A stretch of 63,983 bases of DNA, the filler included, from Malassezia furfur (Eukaryota), in assembly GCA_052055015.1 (NCBI GenBank). It is 10 parts of 10 records of this genome, joined end to end, with 100 filler letters (N's around TTAATTAATTAA, not from the genome) between each part and the next. Parts side by side here need not be neighbours in the genome. Positions count along the whole stretch, not along the records: positions 40,107 to 46,620 come from JBQJIT010000539.1; positions 46,721 to 53,223 come from JBQJIT010000540.1; 8 more parts are not named here. One strand, given 5' to 3'. Position 1 is the first letter of the stretch; each line of letters opens with the position of its first letter. Both the position numbers and the translations under genes were made by a program. Positions 42,630-51,182 of this stretch are shown one piece after another. Below the pieces are notes generated by a model. The model did not search any database and was not told where the DNA came from. It saw only the letters and a program-made list of their open reading frames with translations.

Positions 42630-43611
42630 ATGGTACGCACCCTGTCTGCTGTCCTCCGGTAGAGCGGTGCTGCGCCTGTGTGCTTGCACGCACCCCAGCA
42701 CCCGCTCGCCAGAGGCAGTTTTTAGAGCTCCGAGCTCGCCGCTTGTGAACAGTTGGCTGACTCGTCTCGATGACCCTACAGCCCCCTAAGGCTACCAAGA
42801 CAGGTTCTTCCAAGAAGCCCGCTGCCGCGCCCGGCAGCAAGGGCAGCGCCAAGGCGCCCTCGAACCCGCTGTTCGAGAAGCGCTCCAAGAGCTTTGGCAT
42901 CGGTACGTCACCGCACTCACCCCAGGCCAGGACATCCAGCCCAAGCGTGACCTGACCCGCTTTGTCAAGTGGCCCGAGTACGTGCGCCTGCAGCGCCAGC
43001 GCGTCATCCTGAACCAGCGCCTCAAGGTGCCCCCGGCGATTGCGCAGTTCTCCAACACCCTCGACAAGAACACGGCCACGGCGCTGTTCAAGCTGATGAA
43101 CAAGTACCGCCCCGAGTCGAAGCAGGAGAAGAAGGCGCGTCTCGACGCGGTCGCCAAGGAGGTCGCGGCCGGCAACAAGGTCGACCCCAAGGCGGACGGC
43201 AAGAAGCCGCTCTTTGTCAAGTACGGCCTGAACCACGCCGTGGCGCTCATTGAGGCCAAGAAGGCCAGCCTCGTGGTGATTGCCGACGACGTCGACCCCA
43301 TTGAGCTGGTCATCTTCCTCCCGGCGCTGTGCCGCAAGATGGGCATCCCCTACGTGATCGTCAAGTCGAGCTCGCGTCTCGGTGCCGTGGTGCACCTCAA
43401 GCGCACCGCCGTCGCCGTCATCCAGGACGTGCGCTCGGAGGACGAACGTGAGCTCGCGGACCTCGTGTCGGCCGCCAAGGCCAACTACCTCGACAAGTAC
43501 GACGAGGCCCGCCGCCACTGGGGCGGTGGTGTCCGCGGCAACAAGTCGGCGGAGAAGATGCGCAAGCGCGCCAAGAACGCCGGCCAGCCGATGAAGTCCC
43601 TCGACCTGTAA
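42630..43611 (+). CDS. RPL8: 60S ribosomal protein eL8 (L7a/L8)
   Basis: ATG|149-nt intron 42633-42781|PPK...[14 protein letters not shown]|23-nt intron 42903-42925|[24 protein letters not shown]...[22 protein letters not shown]. Confidence 0.97.
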
Positions 43612-43761
43612 GGGTGTGGGGACGTGTACGACTCTGCTTGCATAGGTGGGGGCCTTTTTCTGGTGTGATGCGGCGTTGCTCCTCTCTGATCTAGAAAAAC
43701 TCCATAACCCAAAAAAAAATTGTCTAGCGTCGCTAGACCCCCCATACACACACACCGTGGT

Positions 43762-44065
43762 CTACGTAGCAGGGCGCTGGATGTCGCCGCGAATGTCGAG
43801 CGCTGGCGGCGCAGGCGGCGGCGCCGGCGGGGCGTGCTCGAGGACAAACTGCGAGCGCACGTGCGCCTCGCCCTGGCGGTAGCCTTGCATCGCGCCCAGG
43901 AAGTACATCTGTGTGAGCCGCGCCACGTACGAGCGTGCCGACACTCGTCGAGAGCGCGATCATCGTGCGTGACGTCCACCGCTGCTCGGAGAACGAGGGG
44001 CGCGGCGGCGGCGGCGTGCTGCGCGGCCGCGCACTTTGCCATACCCGCACGGAAGCGCGCACCAT
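43762..44065 (-). CDS. Small (about 93 aa) single-TM protein with a presequence-like N-terminus, unknown function
   Basis: ATG 44065; a consensus 22-nt intron at 43909-43930 (gtacgt...gctcacacag) yields the continuous hydrophobic segment MIALSTSVGTL|MYFLGAM. Confidence 0.55.
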
Positions 44066-44127
44066 GGCGAAGAGCAAGGGTCACGTGGCGGTGGAGGTGG
44101 GGGGGAGGCGCCTTGCGCCGCGGCACC

Positions 44128-44600
44128 ATGAGCCAGGCGCAGCCGGAGCGCGAGCCGGCGCGCGAGCGACGTGCGTAGGCGCCACTGACGCAGCCGCCGA
44201 GGAACGCGCACCGATTCACTTTGCGGATTTCCCGTTCGACGTCACCGCCAAGTACGTGATCCAGCACCGGCTCGACGAGGCATACCCCCCGCGCTCGCTG
44301 CTGCACGACCCGCGCGTCGAGGGCGTGCCCGACGCGCGTGCGGACGCCGACCCGATCTCCGACCTCGCGGACCCGAGCGGCGAGGCACTGGCGCATGCAG
44401 TGCGTACGCGCTCGGCGGCGCACGAGCAGCGTGCGGCCGAGGACGAAGTGCAGCTCTTTGACAAGGAGGCGGCGCACGAGCGGCTCGCGCAGGTCGCGAC
44501 CGACCACTTTGCCGCGACGCCCGCGCCCAAGGAGAGCGATATCATAGTGGGGTTCCTGTACCGGTGCCGCGCGGGCGACTCGGTGCTCAAGATTGTGTAG
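44128..44600 (+). CDS. SAP30: SAP30-like Sin3-binding subunit of the Rpd3L HDAC complex
   Basis: 23-nt intron at 44171-44193; C-terminal LAQVATDHF...KESDIIVGFLY resembles the SAP30 Sin3-binding domain. Confidence 0.65.
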
Positions 44601-45113
44601 CTACATCGGAGCGGCCGGCGGCCATGCTGTGTGTGCGAGGGCCTCGGCCATGCCGCGGCGCCATGCGACGCGCGCGCGCGCCTCGTCGCGCGGCACAAAC
44701 AGACGCGTGCGCTCGTGCGACTCGGGCCAGGTGTCTGCGACGTCCGACGGCGCGACGCCAAAGGCATGCACCGAGTACACCGTGCTCGGCACGAACCGCG
44801 CATCGTGCACGTCGTCCGTGGGCGAGTGCTTGTGCGGCTTGGTGTCGGGGAACGTGTACGGCGCCGGGATGGCGGCGCCCGGGGCGTCCGCGGGGGCACG
44901 TACGCCAGCTGCGTCAGTGGTCGACCTACCCTCTTCCCAGAGCTCGCGCGCGGCCGCCTCGCGCGGCGTCTCGCCGTGCTCGACGCCGCCCTTGGGCAGC
45001 ACGTACGCATCCTTGTGCTTGCGCGACGACACGAGGCACACACGCGCGTCTGCGTGCCCGGCGTGCTGCACGGCGACGGCGATCGCAACCGCCCGCGGCA
45101 CCGGACCTCCCAT
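44601..45113 (-). CDS. DDP1: Nudix diphosphoinositol-polyphosphate hydrolase (Ddp1/Aps1-like)
   Basis: VCLVSSRKH...YVLPKGGVEHGETPREAAARELWEEAGV after removing a 21-nt intron at 44909-44929; WPESHERTR. Confidence 0.85.
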   Translation of the reverse strand: MGGPVPRAVAIAVAVQHAGHADARVCLVSSRKHKDAYVLPKGGVEHGETPREAAARELWEEGRSTTDAAGVRAPADAPGAAIPAPYTFPDTKPHKHSPTDDVHDARFVPSTVYSVHAFGVAPSDVADTWPESHERTRLFVPRDEARARVAWRRGMAEALAHTAWPPAAPM

Positions 45114-45147
45114 CCTCCACCACGTGGTATGTGGAGGAGCCGGAAGG

Positions 45148-46620
45148 ATGGACGACGTCGCGCGTCTCTCGGCGGCGCTCGCGGCACCGCTCCCGCCCGG
45201 CACGCGCCGCGCCGCGCTGCTGCTGGAACGCGCCGCGGCGTATGCGGCGCGTGGTGACGACCGCCACGCGCTGCTCGACCTGCGCGACGCGCTCCGCGCC
45301 GCGCCGCGGCATGCCGAGGTACGTCGGTCGCCGCCGCTGAACCCAGTCGCTCCTCGACGCCGCGCGCGTCTTTTTGCAGCTGCGCCTGCGCGAAAAAGCG
45401 GCGCGCGTCCTGCGTGCCGCCGCACAGTGTGCGCCGAACGACGCGGTGCGCCGGCGCATTGCGCAGCTGCAGCGCGACGCGAGTCACCCCGCGCCGCCCT
45501 CTGCACCGTCCATAGGCTGGGCCGCGCGCCTCCCTGCCGAGGTACTGCTCGGCATCGCGCGGCACCTCGACACCGCATCGCTCGGCGCGCTCGCGTCCGT
45601 GTGCCGCGCGTGGCGGCGGTGGGTGTGTGCGCACGCGCCGCTCTGGCACACGGTGCACGTCGGCCGCCTCGGCGCGGCGAGTGCACCGGCCAAGGCGCGC
45701 GCGCAGCGCCAGGCGGCGCTCCTGCGCGTGTACTTGCAGCGCGGCAAGCACCACGTCCGCGACGTGACGCTCGTGCCGCCGCTCGCGGACGCGGACGCCG
45801 CTGCGGTGCTGCGCCCAGCGCCGCCGCTCACCGCGCTTACGGTGCACTGTGCGCCGGCGCACGCCGGGGCGTGGGTCGCGCATGCGCTGCGCATCCCGAC
45901 GCTGCAGCACCTCGCGGTGCACGCGCCCGGCGGCGCGCAGCATGCGTGGCTCGCGCGCCCGCTGTGCATGGACGGGGCGCAGTGTGCGCCGCTCCGTAGT
46001 CTTGCGCTGCACGGCACGCCGCCGCTCCAGGCGGACGCGGCGACGCTGCGTGTGTGCCGTGCGCTGGAGGCGCTCGCGTACAGCGCGCCGGCGTGTGCCG
46101 CGCCGCTGCGGCAGGTGCGCGAGCGGTGTGCGCCGGCGGTGCAGTGCATCGTGCATGGCGCGCAGCGCACGCTGCGCACGCTCGCGCTCGACGGCGACGC
46201 GGTGTGGGCGATCGACGCGTTCCTCGACGCGCCGCGCGTGCCGCAGGCGGGCATCGCGCGCTTCCCGGCGCTGCACACGCTGCATGCGCCGCTCAAGTGC
46301 ATGGTGCTGCACGGCCTGCCCGACGTCGCGCTCAGCACGCTGCTCCCGCAGCTGCACACGCTCACGCTCCAAGTGTCTCTGCCGCGCACGCCGGGCGGCA
46401 CGAGCGCCGCGCTGCTCCAGTTCGCGACGGCGGTCGGCGCGACGGTGCGCTGCGTGCGCCTGCGCATCACACGCGACTCGTCCGCATGGCTCGTCGCGGC
46501 GCTCCTGCGCGCCTGGCCGCACGTCGACGCGCTCGAGGTGGTGTGGGACGAGACGGTGGCCGCCGACGCGCCGCCGCTCGCGACGGCGCACGACGCGCTG
46601 CAGCGCCCGCTCACGGGCGC
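45148..46620 (+). CDS. TPR + F-box + LRR-like protein (Dia2/Pof3-type architecture), 3'-partial
   Basis: N-terminal TPR-like helices (LLERAAAY...ALLDLRDALRAAP), 28-nt intron at 45319-45346, F-box LPAEVLLGIARHL...LASVCRAWR, then LxxLxL repeats. Confidence 0.75.
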
Positions 46621-46820
46621 NNNNNNNNNNNNNNNNNNNNNNNNNNNNNNNNNNNNNNNNNNNNTTAATTAATTAANNNNNNNNNNNNNNNNNNNNNNNN
46701 NNNNNNNNNNNNNNNNNNNNCCTCCCCCGCTAATTCGCGCACAGTGCGCATGGCTGCGGCCCTCGATCCCTTCTCGCGATTGGCCCGACGGCCGCCGCTG
46801 TGCCGTAATCAAATGCCGTA

Positions 46821-46995
46821 GTTATCGCGCCCACGAATAAAGGCGCATCTTCCCATTCTCGGCGATTGGTTTATCAGCTCGGCTTTATCTATATAGCCTG
46901 CCTCTCTATTTGGCTAAGCGTTGTGGAGGCCAATAAACGACAGCAAATCACGAGACTTCATTTTCCAGGGGTAAGCCGCAAGTAGTGCAGATAAG
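46821..46995. promoter_or_regulatory. GATA-motif cluster and TATA-like element upstream of permease 1
   Basis: gttatc 46821, tttatc 46870, tttatc 46884, tatata 46890 and gataag 46990 in an AT-enriched intergenic stretch. Confidence 0.5.
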
Positions 46996-47081
46996 CCATC
47001 CTCGGTTTGGGCGCGAAATAAAAACGGATTCCAATCTGCGCAGCACACTCTTGCCCCGACCTCTCTTCCAGATCTTCCACC

Positions 47082-48870
47082 ATGAAGTTCCTACAGAATT
47101 GGATCGATGGCTTCAAGCCAGGAGTCGAGGGGTTCGGCAAGGACCCGACGTACGCCGTGGAGCCGGAATACCATGAGCCTGCGACGACCTCGGAGAAGAT
47201 GGACGAGGCTCTCGGCAAGGACGAGTTCTCCAACGCGACCGTCGCCGTGAAGACCGCCGACGGCGGCGTCGCCTTCGTCCCGGAGAAGACGGGCCTGAAG
47301 CGCTCGCTCGGTGGCCGTCACATTCAGTTCATCGCGCTGGGCGGCAGTATCGGTACGGGTCTCTTCATCGGTTCCGGCTCGAACCTCGCGACGGGCGGGC
47401 CAGGCTCGCTGATGCTCGGCTTCATCATTGTGTCCGTCATGATCATCACCACCGTGTTTGCGCTCGGTGAGCTCGCCGCGGTGCTCCCGGTGACCGGTGC
47501 CTTCTCGACCTACTCCACTCGCTTCATCGACCCCTCGTGGGGCTTTGCCATGGGCTACAACTACTGGCTCCAATGGCTTGTCTCGCTCCCGCTCGAGCTG
47601 ACGGCCGCAGCGATCATTATTCAGTACTGGGACACGGACGTGGTGGTGCCGCAGGGCGTGTGGATCGCCATCGGCCTGATCATCATGATCGTCATCAACC
47701 TGTGTGGTGTGCGCGGCTACGGTGAATTCGAGTTCGTCGCGGCCTTTTTGAAGGTCGTCGGGTGCATTGGCTTCATCATCTGTGCGATCGTGATCGACTG
47801 CGGCGGCACGCCCAGCGGCTACTACATGGGCGCCCAGGGCTGGCACCAGGAGGGCGGTGCGTTCAAGAACGGCTTCAAGGGCTTCTGCAGCGTGTTTATT
47901 ACCGCCGCCTTTGCCTTCTCGGGTACGGAGCTTGTGGGTCTCGCTGCCGCCGAGACGGCGAACCCGCGCCGCCAGCTGCCCAAGGCGTGCAAGCAGGTCG
48001 TGTTCCGTGTGCTGATCTTCTACATTCTCTCGCTCTTTATGATCACGCTGATCGTCTCGCCGAATGCGCCGGAGCTCACCAGCGGCAGCAGCAGCAACGA
48101 TCCGCATGCCTCGCCGTTCGTGCTCGCCATCAAGATGGGCGCGATCAACTACCTCGACAAGATCTTCAACGCCGTCATCCTCATCTCTTCGCTGTCGGTC
48201 GGCAACGCCGCCATCTACGGCGCCTCGCGCACGCTCCTCTCGCTCGCCGAGCAGGGCCTCGCCCCCAAAATGTTCCGCTACATCGACCGCGAGGGCCGTC
48301 CGCTGCCCGCGGTGATCCTCTCGCTGCTCTTCGGCCTGCTCGGCTTTTTGATCTACTCGAGCGACCCCATGACCGTTTTTGTACGTGACCCCTCCACTGA
48401 CCATGCAGAACTGGCTCCTGGCCATCTCGGGTCTCGCAGCGATCTTCACCTGGGCGTCGGTGTGTATGGTGCACATCCGCTTCCGCCACGCGTGGATCGA
48501 CCAGGGCAACCCGCTCGAGCTGCTCCCGTGGGCGTCGCCGCTGGGCATCATCGGCTCGTACGTCGGCCTGGTCATGAACGTCCTCGTGATCATCGCCTCC
48601 TTCTACGCCGGGGCGTGGCCCATCGGCGAGGGGGACATGACGGCTTCGGACCGCGCCAACGCGTTCTTCGAAAGCATGCTCTCGCTGCCCGTGGTCCTCA
48701 TCTTCTTCCTGGGCCACAAGCTGGTCACCCGCAGCCGCTTTGTGCGCCTGAGCGAAGTCGATATCCACACCGGCCGCCGCGACCCAGTGCCGCTCGAGGT
48801 GCTCGAGCAGGAGCGTGCGGAGGACCGCGCGAAGCCGCTGTACCTCAAGATCATCGACTTCTTCATTTAA
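47082..48870 (+). CDS. Amino-acid permease (APC/YAT, Gap1-like), tandem copy 1
   Basis: RHIQFIALGGSIGTGLF, RFIDPSWGFAMG, AFAFSGTELVGLAAAE, SPFV; 28-nt intron at 48381-48408. Confidence 0.93.
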
Positions 48871-49120
48871 TTGCTACGGATTTTGTACCTAGAGACCGCC
48901 GCGGGCGGTCGCCATACCCCTGTAGAAGCCCAGCCGCGGGCTCGCATGTTGTTTCTTTTCCCCCGCGCGCGATGCCGAGAGATGCGTTGCTTAGTCAACT
49001 TCTTCGCGCCGAGGCCCCCCGCGAAAAAAGTGCCGTGACGTCCCACGTTGACGGACGGTGCGACGCAGCTCGTGAGCACCGCACTACGCCCGGGCGCCCT
49101 TCTCCCCTTGCTGCCCGCCT

Positions 49121-50851
49121 ATGGACGCTGCAGACAAACGGACCGACCTCTCGATGGCGTCCCACAGCGACTCGAACCCCAGCCTGTCGCCGCACACCCA
49201 GCCCCGCGCCGCATCTTCCAAGTCGGACGTCGAGGCGCATTCGCACGCCGAGGAGGACGCGATCCTCGACATTGCCGAAGATAACCATGCACACCACAAA
49301 GATACCCCTGGCCTGAAGCGCGCCCTGCACGGGCGGCACCTGCGCTTCCTCGCGCTCGGTGGTGGCATCGGCACCGGCCTGTTTGTGGGGACAGGCAACA
49401 TCCTGTCGACCGGCGGGCCGGGCTCGATGATGATCAACTTCATTCTGCTCGCCATCATGATGGTCACCGTTATCTTTGCGATCGGCGAGCTCGTCTCTCT
49501 GTTCCCCGTCGCGGGCGCCTATACGACGATGCTCACGCGGTTTGTCGACCCCTCGCTGGGGTTCGCCATCGGCCTGAACTACGTGCTTACCTGGCTCATC
49601 ATCCTCCCAGTCGAGCTCACGGCCATCACGATCGTCATTGGATACTGGGTCGACGACGACACCGTGCCCAAAGGCGCATGGATCGCCATCGTCCTCGTCG
49701 TCGTCTTTGCCATCAACCTCTTCGGCACACGCGCATTTGGCGAGGCCGAGTTCTTTGCGACCACCGTCAAAATGGCCGCACTCATCGGCTTCATCATCTG
49801 CGGCATCGTGATCGTGTGCGGCGGCACGCCGTCGGACCGGTACCTCGGCGCCCATACCTGGCACGACCCTGGCTCGTTTGCCCACGGCTTCAAGGGCTTC
49901 TGCAGCGTGTTTGTGTACGGCGCCTTTTCGTTCGGCGGCTCAGAGCTCGTGGGCCTCGCGGCCGCCGAGGCCGCCGAGCCACGCAAGCAGCTCCCGCGCG
50001 CATGCAAGATGGTCGCTTGGCGCGTGTCCATCTTTTTCGTGCTGGCGCTGTTCATCATGTCCCTGATCGTGCCGTACAACGACTCGCGCTTGCTCGGCTC
50101 CAGCTCGAACCCGCGCGCCTCGCCGTTCGTGATCGCGATCCAGATCGGCCAGATTCGCGCACTGCCGCACGTCTTCAACGCCGCGATCCTCACGTCGGTC
50201 ATCTCCATGTCGAACTCGGCGGTGTACGCGTCGAGCCGCCTGCTCGTCGGCATGGCCGAGAACCGACACCTGCCCGCCTTCCTCGCATACACGGACCGCA
50301 AGGGACGGCCACTGCCGGCGCTGCTCGTCGTGTTCCTCTTTGGTCTGCTCGCCTTCCTGATCTACTCCGCGTCCGAGGGCGAGATCTTCTCGTGGCTGGT
50401 CGGCATCTCCGGCCTGTCCATCATCTTCATGTGGGGCACGATCTGCGCCGCCCACCTGCGCTTCCGCCGTGCTTGGCGTCTGCGCGGCCACACGCTGCGC
50501 GAACTGCCGTGGTGCTCGCCGATGGGCGTGTGGGGCTCGTGGTTCGGCATGGTGCTCAACATGCTACTTCTAGCCGGCAACTTTTACTACTCGGCCTTCC
50601 CGATCGGCGAGGGGAAGATGAACGGGCAGCAGCGCGCGCATGACTTTTTCGAAAACATGATTTCGGCAGTGATTGTGCTATTTTCGTTCCTGGCGCACAA
50701 GCTCATCACGCGGTCGCGCATCGTGCGGGTTGACGAGATCGACCTCGACACCGACCGCCGCGACCCGGTGTCGCAAGAGGTGCTCGACCGCGAGCGCGCC
50801 GAGGAAGCTGCCAAGCCCATGTGGCGCCGTGTACTTAATATCTTCATCTAG
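49121..50851 (+). CDS. Amino-acid permease (APC/YAT), tandem copy 2
   Basis: RHLRFLALGGGIGTGLF, RFVDPSLGFA, FSFGGSELVGLAAAE; about 12 TM segments; no intron. Confidence 0.93.
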   Translation: MDAADKRTDLSMASHSDSNPSLSPHTQPRAASSKSDVEAHSHAEEDAILDIAEDNHAHHKDTPGLKRALHGRHLRFLALGGGIGTGLFVGTGNILSTGGPGSMMINFILLAIMMVTVIFAIGELVSLFPVAGAYTTMLTRFVDPSLGFAIGLNYVLTWLIILPVELTAITIVIGYWVDDDTVPKGAWIAIVLVVVFAINLFGTRAFGEAEFFATTVKMAALIGFIICGIVIVCGGTPSDRYLGAHTWHDPGSFAHGFKGFCSVFVYGAFSFGGSELVGLAAAEAAEPRKQLPRACKMVAWRVSIFFVLALFIMSLIVPYNDSRLLGSSSNPRASPFVIAIQIGQIRALPHVFNAAILTSVISMSNSAVYASSRLLVGMAENRHLPAFLAYTDRKGRPLPALLVVFLFGLLAFLIYSASEGEIFSWLVGISGLSIIFMWGTICAAHLRFRRAWRLRGHTLRELPWCSPMGVWGSWFGMVLNMLLLAGNFYYSAFPIGEGKMNGQQRAHDFFENMISAVIVLFSFLAHKLITRSRIVRVDEIDLDTDRRDPVSQEVLDRERAEEAAKPMWRRVLNIFI

Positions 50852-50997
50852 TCGTTGCTTATCTCGGGCCCAAAACAAGCGCACTTCTCGACCCGATCTT
50901 GGCAGAATTGCGCACCCCAGACGTTGACCCATTAAAACTGCGCACATTTAGTCATCCCTTAGCCGGGCCAATCGTATCGCATGGCTTGGCAGCCTTG

Positions 50998-51087
50998 GTT
51001 ATCATGGGTCCTGCATCCGCGCTGCGGGGGTGCATTTGCGGCGTACGCAAACAGTATTGATAACTGTCATCTTATCGCGCGCGATAG
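50998..51087. promoter_or_regulatory. GATA-motif cluster upstream of permease 3
   Basis: gttatc 50998, gataac 51059, cttatc 51071 and gatag 51083; the last two form the palindrome tatcgcgcgcgata. Confidence 0.5.
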
Positions 51088-51182
51088 CGCAATGCGTGCG
51101 CAACGGGAGCATAAATGGGCGCAGCCCGATACCCAACACACCCAGGTGCGTCCCCCCCTCCCAACCAACTTCCTACACTCCG

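Noticed and set aside
44063..44066. Overlapping divergent start codons in CATG
   Set aside because: The plus-strand SAP30-like gene is better explained by ATG 44128 plus a consensus 23-nt intron.
33484..46620. Possible metabolic or resistance cluster (ERG11, HOM6, Nudix genes, RAD50)
   Set aside because: The genes are functionally unrelated housekeeping genes and partly lie on different contigs.
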